The notes under the pieces: generated by a model
Seen by the model: only the letters and a program-made list of their open reading frames with translations
What the model was told of the DNA's origin: nothing
The model's database searches: none
Translations under genes and position numbers: made by a program
Part shown: piece by piece, positions 10,182 through 19,895 of the stretch
How positions within the stretch are numbered: position 1 is the first letter of the stretch
How the letters are laid out: each line of letters starts with the position of its first letter
DNA from: an uncultured Gemmatimonadales bacterium
GTDB taxonomy: Bacteria > Gemmatimonadota > Gemmatimonadetes > Gemmatimonadales > GWC2-71-9
NCBI GenBank assembly: GCA_963771275.1
Contig: CAVYSW010000009.1
Coordinates: 224,001-288,000, forward strand
Direction of reading: 5' to 3'
Length of the DNA: 64,000 bases

Positions 10182-13100
10182 ATGAGCCGAAGCCGACTGT
10201 TCGCCCTCCCGTTCGTCCTCTGCCTCGTCGCCGGGCCGGCCGCCGCGCAGGTCGACGCCCGCATGTTCCGCTATCCCGACGTCTCGGCCACCCAGATCGC
10301 GTTCGTCTACGCCGGCGACATCTGGGTCGTCCCCAAGACCGGCGGTGTCGCAAACCGGCTGAGCTCCCCGCGCGGCGAGGAGATGTTCCCGCGCTTCTCA
10401 CCCGACGGGTCCAGGATCGCCTTCAGCGCCAACTACGACGGCAACCTCGACGTCTACGTCGTGCCCACGATGGGCGGCGAGCCCGCCCGGGTTACCTACC
10501 ACCCGATGGGCGACCGTCTGGTGGACTGGCATCCCGACGGCAAGCGCGTGCTGTTCGCGTCGGGCCGCGAGAGCGGCCGCCAGCGCTACAGCCAGTTCTA
10601 CCTCGCGAGCGCGGCGGGCGGGCTGCCCGAGAAGCTGCCGATCCCGTATGGCGAGTTCGGAGCGTTCTCCGACGATGGCCGCCTGTTCGCCTACATGCCC
10701 CTGTCGCAGGACTTCCGCACCTGGAAGCGCTACCGCGGCGGCTGGGCGGGCGACATCTGGCTGTTCGATCTGAAGGACTCGTCGGCGACCAACATCGCGC
10801 AGAACGACGCCGACGACGGCCAGCCGATGTGGCACGGGAACACGCTGTACTTCCTCTCCGACCGGGGCCCCAACCAGCGCCACAACATCTGGGCCTACGA
10901 CCGCACCACCAAGGCGGTGCGCCAGGTCACGCAGTTCAAGGACTTCGACGTCGCGTTCCCAGCCATCGGGCCCAACGACATCGTGTTCCAGGCGGGGAGC
11001 GGTCTGTACCTGCTCGACCTCGCCACGGAGAAGGTCGCGGAGGTCACCGTGCGGGTCGTGACCGACGAGATCACGCTCAAGCCGCGGAGCGAGCAGATCG
11101 GCCAGTTGATCCGCTGGGCGGACGTCTCGCCCACCGGGAAGCGGGCGGTGTTCAACGCGCGGAACGAGATCCTGACGGTCCCGGCCGAAAACGGGCCGAT
11201 CCTGAACCTCACCCGCACCGCCGGCACCGCCGAGCGGTACCCGGCCTGGTCGCCCGACGGCAAGACGGTGGCGTTCTGGAGCGATCGCTCCGGCGAGTAC
11301 GAGCTGTACGTGCGGCCCGCCGACGGATCGGGTGACGAGAAGAAGCTCACGTCGCTCGGGGCCGGGTACCGGTATCCGCCCTCGTGGTCCCCGGACGGCA
11401 AGAAGATCGCCTTCGCCGACCAGCTGGCGGTGTTCCGGATCTATGACCTCGACACGGACAAGGTGACCGAGATCGACCGCAGCAAGGTCTGGCTGTCCCA
11501 CGGCGGGCTCGAGAACCTGGGGTTCGACTGGTCGTCCGACAGTCGCTGGCTGACCTATGCCCGCCCCGACGAGAACCGCGGCGGCGCCGCGATCTTCCTG
11601 TACGACACGAAGGACGGCTCGCTGCATCAGGCGACCAGCGGGTACTTCACCGACATCCAGCCGGCGTTCGACCCCGACGGGAAGTACCTCTTCTACCTCT
11701 CGAACCGGAACTTCGAGCCGGTCTACGGCGACTTCGACAACAGCTGGACGTACCCCAACGCGACGATGATCGTCGCCGTCCCGCTCCGTGCCGACGTGCC
11801 GTCGCCGCTGGCGCCGAAGAACGACGTGGAGGCGGCGGCGGACTCGGCGAAGAAGCCGCCGGAGGGACCGAAGGGGCAGGCCAAGGCCGATTCCGCCAAG
11901 GCGGTGACGATCGACCTTGCCGGCTTCGAGGACCGGGCGGTGATTCTGCCCCCCAAGGGCGGCAACTACGCGAACCTGCGCGCCGTGCAGGGCAAGCTGC
12001 TCTACATCCGCGGCGCCCGCACCGGCTCGGGCGAGACCAAGAGCCCGCTGATGTACTTCGATCTCGCCGAGCGCGAGGAGAAGACGGTGCTGGACGACGC
12101 CGGCCGGTTCGTGGTGACCCACGACGGCAAGAAAGTGCTCGTCACGGCCACCCGTCGCTGGGCGATCGTGGAGGTGAAGCCGGCTCAGAAGTTCGACAAG
12201 CCGCTCCGCACCACCGAGATGGAGACGGTCGTCGACCCGCGGGCCGAGTGGCGCCAGATGTTCGCCGACGCCTATCGGTTCGAGCGCGATTTCTTCTACG
12301 ATCCGAACATGCACGGCGTGGACTGGACGGGACTGCGCGACCGCTACGCCAAGCTGATCGACGACGCGGTCACCCGCTGGGACGTCAACGCCGTGCTCGG
12401 CGACTTCATCGCCGAGCTCAACTCGTCGCACACGTACAACGGCGGCGGGGAGGTGGAGAGCGCGCCGCGCCGCGCGGTCGGCATGCTCGGCGTGGACTGG
12501 GCGCTCGAGAACGGCGCCTACCGCGTCAAGCACATCGCCGCCGGCGGGCCGTGGGACGCGGACGCCCGCTCGCCGCTCAGGGAGCCGGGGGTCGACGTCA
12601 AGGAAGGTGACTACGTCCTGGCCGTGAATGGCGTACCGCTCGACGTTGCGAAGGACCCGTGGGCCGCGTTCCAGGGTCTGGTCAACGCGCCGGTGATGCT
12701 CACTGTGAGCGGCACACCCAGCATGACGGGATCCCGACAGGTGCTGGTCAAGCCGCTCGCCGACGACACCGAGCTCAGGTTCCGCGAGTGGATCGAGGCG
12801 CGCCGCCAGCGCGTCGACCAGGCGACCGGCGGCAAGGTGGGCTACATCTACGTCCAGAGCACCGGCGTGGATGCCCAGAACGAGCTCGTCAAACAGTTCA
12901 TGGCCCAGTGGCGCAAGGACGGGCTGATCATCGACGAGCGGTGGAACAGCGGCGGCCAGATTCCCGACCGGTTCATCGAGCTGCTGAACCGCCCGATGCT
13001 GAGCTACTGGGCGGTGCGCAACGGCCAGGACTGGCAGTGGCCCCCGGTGGCCCATCGCGGTCCCAAGGTCATGCTGATCAACGGCTGGAGCGGATCCGGT

Positions 13101-13436
13101 GGTGACGCCTTCCCGTTCTACTTCCGCCAGGCGAAGGTCGGACCGCTCATCGGCATGCGTACGTGGGGCGGCCTGATCGGCATCAGCGGCGCGCCGGCTC
13201 TGGCGGACGGCGGGTCGATTACCGTGCCGACGTTCCGGATGTACGACGTCACGGGCAAGTGGTTCCCCGAGGGACACGGCGTCGAGCCGGACATCCCGGT
13301 CGTGGACGACCCGGCCCAGCTGGTGCGCGGGACGGATCCCCAGCTCGAGCGGGCAATCCAGGAGGTGCAGCGCCTGATCCGCGAGCACCCGCCGACGCCG
13401 CCCAAGCGACCGGCGTACGAGAAGCGGATACCATAA
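10182..13436 (+). CDS. Tricorn-like S41 family protease
   Basis: Signal peptide, PD40 propeller repeats, PDZ, DERWNSGG, SGSGGD catalytic Ser, RTWGG. Confidence 0.93.
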   Translation: MSRSRLFALPFVLCLVAGPAAAQVDARMFRYPDVSATQIAFVYAGDIWVVPKTGGVANRLSSPRGEEMFPRFSPDGSRIAFSANYDGNLDVYVVPTMGGEPARVTYHPMGDRLVDWHPDGKRVLFASGRESGRQRYSQFYLASAAGGLPEKLPIPYGEFGAFSDDGRLFAYMPLSQDFRTWKRYRGGWAGDIWLFDLKDSSATNIAQNDADDGQPMWHGNTLYFLSDRGPNQRHNIWAYDRTTKAVRQVTQFKDFDVAFPAIGPNDIVFQAGSGLYLLDLATEKVAEVTVRVVTDEITLKPRSEQIGQLIRWADVSPTGKRAVFNARNEILTVPAENGPILNLTRTAGTAERYPAWSPDGKTVAFWSDRSGEYELYVRPADGSGDEKKLTSLGAGYRYPPSWSPDGKKIAFADQLAVFRIYDLDTDKVTEIDRSKVWLSHGGLENLGFDWSSDSRWLTYARPDENRGGAAIFLYDTKDGSLHQATSGYFTDIQPAFDPDGKYLFYLSNRNFEPVYGDFDNSWTYPNATMIVAVPLRADVPSPLAPKNDVEAAADSAKKPPEGPKGQAKADSAKAVTIDLAGFEDRAVILPPKGGNYANLRAVQGKLLYIRGARTGSGETKSPLMYFDLAEREEKTVLDDAGRFVVTHDGKKVLVTATRRWAIVEVKPAQKFDKPLRTTEMETVVDPRAEWRQMFADAYRFERDFFYDPNMHGVDWTGLRDRYAKLIDDAVTRWDVNAVLGDFIAELNSSHTYNGGGEVESAPRRAVGMLGVDWALENGAYRVKHIAAGGPWDADARSPLREPGVDVKEGDYVLAVNGVPLDVAKDPWAAFQGLVNAPVMLTVSGTPSMTGSRQVLVKPLADDTELRFREWIEARRQRVDQATGGKVGYIYVQSTGVDAQNELVKQFMAQWRKDGLIIDERWNSGGQIPDRFIELLNRPMLSYWAVRNGQDWQWPPVAHRGPKVMLINGWSGSGGDAFPFYFRQAKVGPLIGMRTWGGLIGISGAPALADGGSITVPTFRMYDVTGKWFPEGHGVEPDIPVVDDPAQLVRGTDPQLERAIQEVQRLIREHPPTPPKRPAYEKRIP

Positions 13437-13447
13437 GAGAACGTATG

Positions 13448-13492
13448 GCGTGCAGCGTGCAGCGTACGGCAGTTACGCTGCACGCTGCACGC
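13448..13492. repeat. CGTGCAG-heptamer hairpin H4 (possible bidirectional terminator)
   Basis: Perfect 19-bp stem GCGTGCAGCGTGCAGCGTA / TACGCTGCACGCTGCACGC between convergent genes. Confidence 0.85.
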
Positions 13493-13515
13493 GATACGCT
13501 GGACGACACCAGCTC

Positions 13516-14628
13516 CTAGGATCTTCCTGCCGGACTCCCCGTATGTCCCGCGACGCCGAACGGCAGCATGCGGAAGAACAGCGCAAACCGGAGTCCGTCC
13601 TCCGCGTTCCATTCCAGCGTGAACCCGGGCCGGAACGCGCGCGGGCCGAGGACGCCCGGGTACACGCTGAGGGTGGCGCGGTCGAGCTTGTCGGGCGTCA
13701 CGCTGAGCGAGGCGAGCAGCGAGTTGTTGCGGTCGAGGAAGATGGCGGCGGCCGGGCCCGTGGTCGCCGTGACCTGACGCGCCTGCGTGCTGTCCTGCGT
13801 TTCGAACAGCTCGGTCGCCGCGATGCCTCCGGCGAGGGTCAGGCGGTCGCGCCAGCTCAGCTTGTAGGACAACCCCACGAGCCCCTGCGTCCCGTACGTC
13901 GCGAAGATGCCGTAGCGCGACCGCCCGGGATGGATCCGGAACACCGTCCGGTATCCCGTGTTCTGCAGCGTGTGCGACACGGGGTCATAGGCGGGCTGGT
14001 TGGGCCAATACGCCAATCCGAGATGGCGGCCGAGAAACCGCGACGCCCGATCCGAGCTGAACAGCACGAGCGCGATCGGGTTGAAGACGTAGCAGTCGGC
14101 GATCGGATCCACGTTGGCGCCGCGGTAGTCGCCGTTCTCCACCGCCTCGTTGAGTATCGCACCCGCCCAGAAACTCAACAGGGCCATCACCTGCGGGTGC
14201 GGCACGCCATAGTAGCGGTACCACTCGAGGTCGTGACGGTACACCAGCCCCTCGCCAAACACGTGCCCGATGTAGTTGGGCACCCACTGCGCATTGTCCC
14301 GCTCGAAACTGGGGAGGACCTCCGACGTGAGGAACCGCCCCCAGCCGTAGTCACCGATCGCGCGGAACGGGTGTACCAGGTTGTCCAGCACGTTGTCGAA
14401 TCCGATGCCGTAGGCCACGGCGAAGGGATCGTCGCCCCGGTTGTCGATCTGAAACGTGTAGTAAGCGCTGTTGAGAAGCGCCGACAGCGGGTTCACCACG
14501 GACTGGGAACCGTAGGCCAGCCCGTAGTAGTAGTAGTTGGCGGGCTCCGTCTGGGCCCGAGCTGGCCCGGACGTCGCCAATGCCAGGATCGCGATTCGCA
14601 TCGCGCGCACCGCACGCCGTGATGACAT
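13516..14628 (-). CDS. Hypothetical exported/outer membrane protein
   Basis: Signal-like N-terminus; NYIGHVFGEG, NEAVEN, DPIAD motifs; start could be 14601. Confidence 0.65.
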   Translation of the reverse strand: MSSRRAVRAMRIAILALATSGPARAQTEPANYYYYGLAYGSQSVVNPLSALLNSAYYTFQIDNRGDDPFAVAYGIGFDNVLDNLVHPFRAIGDYGWGRFLTSEVLPSFERDNAQWVPNYIGHVFGEGLVYRHDLEWYRYYGVPHPQVMALLSFWAGAILNEAVENGDYRGANVDPIADCYVFNPIALVLFSSDRASRFLGRHLGLAYWPNQPAYDPVSHTLQNTGYRTVFRIHPGRSRYGIFATYGTQGLVGLSYKLSWRDRLTLAGGIAATELFETQDSTQARQVTATTGPAAAIFLDRNNSLLASLSVTPDKLDRATLSVYPGVLGPRAFRPGFTLEWNAEDGLRFALFFRMLPFGVAGHTGSPAGRS

Positions 14629-14657
14629 GACCCCTCAGTGAGGGGAGGAATGTATGC

Positions 14658-14741
14658 AATGTCCAATGCCCAAGGCGCAATGTCCAATGTCCTAGGCCCG
14701 TCACTTGGATATTGGACATTGGACGTTGAACATTGGACATT
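14658..14741. repeat. Heptamer palindrome H5
   Basis: Five AATGTCC-like units, spacer, five GGACATT-like units; ends 5 nt before the ATG at 14747. Confidence 0.9.
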
Positions 14742-14746
14742 GAATC

Positions 14747-15631
14747 ATGCTCGCGCTCCCCACCCGCCCCCTCGGTCCCGACATCCCCGCCGTGAGCGGC
14801 ATTGGCCTCGGCGGCATGGCCCTGTCGCTTGCCGACCGGCCGCCGGCCTCCCAGGCGATCCGGGTGATCCACGCGGCCCTCGATGCCGGCGTGACCCTGA
14901 TCGATACCGCCGACGTGTACTGCCTCGACGACCGCGACCTGGGCCACAACGAGCGGCTCATCGCCCGGGCGCTCGGCACGTGGAGCGGCGCGCGCGATCG
15001 GGTAATGGTGGCCACCAAGGGCGGCCTCACCCGACCGGCCGGCCGCTGGGAGCCCAACGGACACCCCGACCACCTCAAGGGGGCGTGCGACCGCTCGCTC
15101 AAGTCCCTCGGCGTGGAGCGGATCGACCTGTACCAGCTGCACCGTCCCGATCCCGCCGTCCCGCTCGCGGACAGCGTCGGTGCGCTCGCGGCGCTGCGCG
15201 CGGAGGGCAAGATCCGCTGGATCGGTCTCTCCAACGCAAGCGTCGCGGAGATCGAGGAGGCGCGCCGGATCGCGCCGATCCAGAGCGTGCAGAACCGGCT
15301 GAATCCGTTCTTCCGCGAGGCGCTCGAGACCGGCGTGGTCGCCTACTGCGTCCGGCACGGGATCGGCTTCCTCGCCTACAGCCCGACGGGCGGCGGTCGG
15401 CTCAACAAGACGCTGCCGTTCCATGCCGTCGCCGCCGCCCTCGCCGAGCGCCACGGGGCGACGGCGCACGCCGTGGTGCTCGCCTGGGTGCTGGCGCAGG
15501 GATCGACGGTGATCCCCATCCCGAGCGCCCGCACCGTCGAGCACGCGGTCGACGCGATCCGGTCGCTGGCCCTGGCGCTCACCGATGAAGAGCTGGGGGC
15601 CATCGACCGGGCGGAGTTCTCGCGGGCCTAA
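14747..15631 (+). CDS. Aldo/keto reductase
   Basis: IGLGGM, IDTADVY, ATKGG, IDLYQLH, IGLSN, AYSP motifs. Confidence 0.92.
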   Translation: MLALPTRPLGPDIPAVSGIGLGGMALSLADRPPASQAIRVIHAALDAGVTLIDTADVYCLDDRDLGHNERLIARALGTWSGARDRVMVATKGGLTRPAGRWEPNGHPDHLKGACDRSLKSLGVERIDLYQLHRPDPAVPLADSVGALAALRAEGKIRWIGLSNASVAEIEEARRIAPIQSVQNRLNPFFREALETGVVAYCVRHGIGFLAYSPTGGGRLNKTLPFHAVAAALAERHGATAHAVVLAWVLAQGSTVIPIPSARTVEHAVDAIRSLALALTDEELGAIDRAEFSRA

Positions 15632-15635
15632 AGCG

Positions 15636-15724
15636 AATGTCCAATGTTCAATGTTCAATACCCAATGTCCAGGGACTTGGACATTGAGCATTGGACATTG
15701 AGCATTGGACATTGGATATTGGAC
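15636..15724. repeat. Heptamer palindrome H6
   Basis: AATGTCC-AATGTTC-AATGTTC-AATACCC-AATGTCC / AGGGACTT / six GRRYATT units. Confidence 0.92.
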
Positions 15725-15751
15725 CGTCCGCCGCTCTCAGGAGCCCACGCC

Positions 15752-16369
15752 ATGTCCATCCGCACCGCGCTCATCGTGGTCGACCTACAGCCGGATTTCA
15801 TGCCGGGGGGCGCGCTCCCGGTCGCGGAAGGCCACCGGGTGGTCGCACCGATCCGCGACCTCCTGCTGAGCGGCCGGTTCGACGTGGTCGTCGCCACGCA
15901 GGACTGGCACCCCCGGCACCATGCCTCATTCGCCAGCGCGCACGCCGGGAAGCGCCCGTTCGACGTCGTGACGCTGCACGATCACGAGCAGGTGCTCTGG
16001 CCGGACCACTGCATCCAGGGCACACCGGGCGCCGCGCTCCACGAAGGCATCGCGCTGGAATGGGTCGATGCCATCATCCGGAAGGGCTCCGACCCGACCG
16101 TCGATTCCTACAGCGGGTTCCGCAACAACTGGGACGCCTTGGGTGCGCGTCCCCCCACCGGGCTCGGCGGCTACCTCAAGGAGCGCGGCATCACGCACAT
16201 CCTGACGTGCGGGCTCGCGCGGGACTACTGCGTGAAGTGGACGGCCGAAGACGCCGCGGCGGCGGGATTCCGGACCCGGCTGCTGTGGGAGCTGACCCGC
16301 CCGGTGGACCCGGCATCCGACGGGCGCGTGCGGGAGGAGCTGGGAAGGGCGGGAGTCGAGATCGTGTAG
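15752..16369 (+). CDS. pncA: Nicotinamidase/pyrazinamidase
   Basis: VDLQPDF, TQDWHP, WPDHC, RKG, GLARDYCV; AGGAG SD before ATG 15752. Confidence 0.92.
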   Translation: MSIRTALIVVDLQPDFMPGGALPVAEGHRVVAPIRDLLLSGRFDVVVATQDWHPRHHASFASAHAGKRPFDVVTLHDHEQVLWPDHCIQGTPGAALHEGIALEWVDAIIRKGSDPTVDSYSGFRNNWDALGARPPTGLGGYLKERGITHILTCGLARDYCVKWTAEDAAAAGFRTRLLWELTRPVDPASDGRVREELGRAGVEIV

Positions 16370-16444
16370 CGTGTCGCGTGTAGCGTATAGCGTGCCTACT
16401 GCCACCTCTCGCCGCCTTTGCCGCCCCTGCCGCTACTGCCGCTG
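16363..16444. repeat. CGTGTAG heptamer tract followed by a CTGCCGCNN nonamer tract
   Basis: CGTGTAG-CGTGTCG-CGTGTAG-CGTATAG (contains the pncA stop), then about five CTGCCGCNN units (contains the kinase stop). Confidence 0.75.
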
Positions 16445-18010
16445 CTCCCCATGCAGCAGCTGCCGCACTTCCTCCTGCGCCCCGACGGCCAGGTCGATCC
16501 GCTCGCCGATCTCCTTGGCCCGCGCGATGTGCTGGGTGATGTCGCCGACCGAGCCGACGCCTGCGTGCAGCCGCAACAACCCGACCCGGATGTTCTCCAG
16601 TGCGGCGACGGCCTCCGTGAGACGGGCGCCAGTATCGCCCCCGGCCCGCAGGACCTCGGCACGTTCCTCCAACAGCTGAATCACCCCCCGCACGCCGCGC
16701 AGCTGGGCGCGGGTCATGTCCGGCAGCGCGTCGAACGCTTCGGTGGCCGCACGGCCGAGCGCCAGCTCGGTCGCCTCGCGGCCCGGCAGCGCGGCCCGCT
16801 TCGGCCGCTTGATGCCGACGCCCGCCGCCTTGAAGAAGAGCCGCCCGAGCCGTCCCGCCCACAGCCGGTGCCACAGCCCGGTGACCCACCGCATGAGCCG
16901 ACGCTCGCCGATCGCCCCTGATTCCTCCTCCTGGAGCCGCGCCTCGGCGAGCAGCGCCGCGCGGATGTCGTCGAATACGTAGCCCTCGCGGAGCAGCCGC
17001 CGCGCGGCGCCGATCAACTGGACCACGATGGCGAGGAACACGATGTTCACCTCGCCACCTTGGGTTCCCATACGCACCACCGCGGTGCCGGCCAGAATCA
17101 CCGCCGTCGAGATCTCGGCATTGCGCATGAAACGGCGGAGCAGCGGCGGGGCGCGCAGCTCCTGCCCCCGCAGCTCACCCGCCAGGGTCGCCAGCTCGTC
17201 GCCCGACTGCACCCGACCGCGCGGCTCGCGCGCCAGGCACTTCTCGATCAGCTGACCCAGTTGCTTCGGCACTTCGGGCCGCAGGGAGCAGACCTCCGGC
17301 ACCGGGCGCGTCAGCTGCTCGTTGATGATCGCGGGGAGGGAACGGCCCTCGTACGGCGCGCGCCCGGTGAGCGCGAAGAACGCGGTCGCGCTCAGCGAGT
17401 AGAGGTCGCTCCGCCCGTCCACCGGCTCGCCGCAGGCCTGCTCGGGACTCATGTAGCGCGCGGTGCCGATGATCTCGCCCGACTGCGCCGCGGAGGGCCC
17501 GGTCGTGACCTGCGCGATTCCGAAATCCGTCACCAGCACGCGATCGGTGTCGCGCTCGATCATGATGTTGTCGGGCTTCACGTCGCGGTGGACGATGCCG
17601 CGCTGATGGGCGTAGGCGAGCGCCCACGCGGCTTCCTGCACGACCTTCGTCACGAACTTGGGCGACAGCGGCCCGAGCCGGTCCACGCGCTGGCGCAGCG
17701 TCTCGCCGTCCACATAGCCCATCACGAAGAACACCAGATCGCCGTGCGCCTCGACGAGGTGAATCGGAACGATATTGGGATGGGACAACCCCGCGGCGGT
17801 CCGCGCCTCGCGCAGAAACCGGTCCCGCACCCCGGCGTCCTGCGCCAGCTCGCGGGGCAGCAGCTTGATGGCAACCAGCCGATCCAGCGCCACGTCGTGC
17901 GCGAGCAGCACGATCCCCATGCCGCCACGTCCCAGCTCCCGCTCGATGGAGTAGCGACCGGCGAGGACTTCCTGGAGAGACAGGAACTCGGGGGAGATGG
18001 CGTCCGGCAT
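16433..18010 (-). CDS. Ser/Thr protein kinase with membrane/C-terminal domain
   Basis: LGRGGMG, VAIK, HRDVKPDN, DFG, YMSPE. Confidence 0.92.
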   Translation of the reverse strand: MPDAISPEFLSLQEVLAGRYSIERELGRGGMGIVLLAHDVALDRLVAIKLLPRELAQDAGVRDRFLREARTAAGLSHPNIVPIHLVEAHGDLVFFVMGYVDGETLRQRVDRLGPLSPKFVTKVVQEAAWALAYAHQRGIVHRDVKPDNIMIERDTDRVLVTDFGIAQVTTGPSAAQSGEIIGTARYMSPEQACGEPVDGRSDLYSLSATAFFALTGRAPYEGRSLPAIINEQLTRPVPEVCSLRPEVPKQLGQLIEKCLAREPRGRVQSGDELATLAGELRGQELRAPPLLRRFMRNAEISTAVILAGTAVVRMGTQGGEVNIVFLAIVVQLIGAARRLLREGYVFDDIRAALLAEARLQEEESGAIGERRLMRWVTGLWHRLWAGRLGRLFFKAAGVGIKRPKRAALPGREATELALGRAATEAFDALPDMTRAQLRGVRGVIQLLEERAEVLRAGGDTGARLTEAVAALENIRVGLLRLHAGVGSVGDITQHIARAKEIGERIDLAVGAQEEVRQLLHGEQRQ

Positions 18011-18011
18011 G

Positions 18012-18100
18012 GTTCAATGTTCAATGTTCAATGTTCAATATCCAAGTGCTTGGACATTGAGCATTGAACATTGAGCATTGAACATTGAGCATTGAACATT
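18012..18100. repeat. Heptamer palindrome H8
   Basis: (AATGTTC)x3-AATATCC / AAGTGCTT / GGACATT then alternating GAGCATT/GAACATT x6; core differs from H1 at one base. Confidence 0.93.
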
Positions 18101-19130
18101 CTGCTCCGCTACGCCGCACTCTCCATGCTCTCGCGCGGTACTTCCCGTACCGCGCGGCGCTGACGAGGCGGCCGCGACGCGCGAACGCCTCCTGCCCCTG
18201 CCCGACCTTGGCCGGGTCGCCGCCCCACGCCTTGAGGGCCTCGTCCTGGAGCGCGCGCCCATAGGAGTAGGACAGCTCCCAGGGGTGTTTGCCCATGGCG
18301 TTCATCGCGTTGAGGTTGGCGGTGGCCTCCTGCGGCGTCTGCCCACCCGACAGGAACACGATGCCGGGCACCGCCGCCGGCACGGTGCGCAGGAAGCAGC
18401 GCACGGTCGTCTCGGCGATCTGTCCGGGGGTCCACTTGCCGGGGCCCTTCTTGCCGGGGATCACCATGTTCGGCTTGAGCAGGATGCCCTCAAGCGCCAC
18501 ACGATGGGCGTGGAGGTGGAAGAACACGCTCTCGAGCGTGGTCGCCGTCACCTCCCCGCAGCGCTCGCCCGAGTGATCGCCGTCCATCAGCACCTCGGGC
18601 TCGACGATCGGGACGATGCCGACGTCCTGACACAGCGCGGCGTACCGCGCCAGCGCGTGGGCGTTCGCGTCGATGCAGAAGCGCGTCGGGATCCCGCTCC
18701 CGATCGTGATCACCGCCCGCCACTTCGCGAAGCGCGCGCCGAGCTTGCGGTACTCGACCAGCCGCTCGCGCAGCCCGTCCAGGCCCTCGGTGATCTTCTC
18801 GCCGGCGTACCCGGCGAGGTCCTTGGCGCCGGTGTCCACCTTGATCCCCGGCACGACGCCCGCCTTGGTCAGCAGATCGCAGAACCGGACCCCGGCCTGC
18901 GTCTTGTGGCGGATCGTCTCGTCGAACATGATCACGCCGCTGATGTAGTCGCCGACGCTCGCGGTCGTGAACAGCATTTCGCGATAGGCGCGCCGACGCT
19001 CTTCGCTCGACGCGACGTTGATGCTCTTGAAGCGCTTCTCGATCGTCCCGAAGCTCTCGTCCGCGGCGAGGATCCCCTTCCCCTTCGCAACGAGCGCTTC
19101 GGCCACCGCATTGAGCTCCTGCAGATTCAT
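18021..19130 (-). CDS. Fructose-bisphosphate aldolase class I
   Basis: GKGILAADES, FAKWR, VPIVEPE, LLKPNM, FLSGGQ, SYGRALQ; probable frameshift near 18135 (natural-looking end ..MESAA* at 18109 in another frame). Confidence 0.92.
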   Translation of the reverse strand: MNLQELNAVAEALVAKGKGILAADESFGTIEKRFKSINVASSEERRRAYREMLFTTASVGDYISGVIMFDETIRHKTQAGVRFCDLLTKAGVVPGIKVDTGAKDLAGYAGEKITEGLDGLRERLVEYRKLGARFAKWRAVITIGSGIPTRFCIDANAHALARYAALCQDVGIVPIVEPEVLMDGDHSGERCGEVTATTLESVFFHLHAHRVALEGILLKPNMVIPGKKGPGKWTPGQIAETTVRCFLRTVPAAVPGIVFLSGGQTPQEATANLNAMNAMGKHPWELSYSYGRALQDEALKAWGGDPAKVGQGQEAFARRGRLVSAARYGKYRARAWRVRRSGAECSMLNVQCSMFNAQCPSTWILNIEH

Positions 19131-19191
19131 GAGCGTGTACCTCTCAAGAGATCGACCTGAAGACGACCCGATTCCCAATTATGTCGCCGTG

Positions 19192-19206
19192 GCAGCAAGC
19201 GTGCCA
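19192..19206 (-). promoter_or_regulatory. Candidate sigma54 promoter for the aldolase
   Basis: Minus strand TGGCAC-GCTTG-CTGC about 60 nt upstream of the ATG. Confidence 0.45.
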
Positions 19207-19256
19207 CCCCGACCGGCGAGCCGCCGCACGGCTGCGCGCGCTGGTGGGGCACTCCT

Positions 19257-19790
19257 TTAGTGGCGTTCACCGGACTCGTCGTCACCGCGCCCCGCGGCGG
19301 GCGGCGCTTGCTTCCCGACCCCGTCCGGTGTCGGCTGCACGTAGGCGTTGGCGGCGCCGTGCTTGTACACGAGATCGCCACCGAGCTTGCCGGCCCGCAC
19401 GCCGAGGCCGGCCACGACCACCGCGCCGGCGACCGTGAGCAGCCGCGCGCTCTTCCCGACCATTCCCGGCACCAGGCCCAGCAGGGTCAGCCCGAGCACG
19501 ACCGTCGAGGCGATGGCGAACAGGTGGCCCGCGTCCTCGTGCTGCTCGACCAGGCGCTCGGCCACGACCTTCTCCACCTTCTCCGCCTGATCGTCGCCGG
19601 CCTCGTGAGCCACCCACGCGGAGCCCGTGAGAGCGGCGGCGGTCAGGACCGCCCACCCCCAGGTCCTCAGCCGGCCCCCGTCGTGGATCACCCACCAGGC
19701 GCCGAACGCCACGAGCGGCAGGATGAACATCAGGACAAGCGGGAAATGCACCACGGCCGGGTGCAGCGGATCGGGTAGCATGGCGGTCAT
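19257..19790 (-). CDS. DUF2231-like membrane protein
   Basis: PLHPAVVHFPL, conserved His residues, GKLGGDLVY.HG. Confidence 0.75.
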   Translation of the reverse strand: MTAMLPDPLHPAVVHFPLVLMFILPLVAFGAWWVIHDGGRLRTWGWAVLTAAALTGSAWVAHEAGDDQAEKVEKVVAERLVEQHEDAGHLFAIASTVVLGLTLLGLVPGMVGKSARLLTVAGAVVVAGLGVRAGKLGGDLVYKHGAANAYVQPTPDGVGKQAPPAAGRGDDESGERH

Positions 19791-19895
19791 CCTCCGGTGG
19801 CGTTTGGGCAGCCGGAAACCTACCCAGCCGGCCCCCACCGCGGGCAGATGGGATCCCGCATTGAACGGCGCCGTACTCGGGTGAAGATTTCGTCC

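Noticed and set aside
15636..18100. Heptamer arrays as CRISPR
   Set aside because: Tandem 7-mers without unique spacers, and no cas genes in the window.
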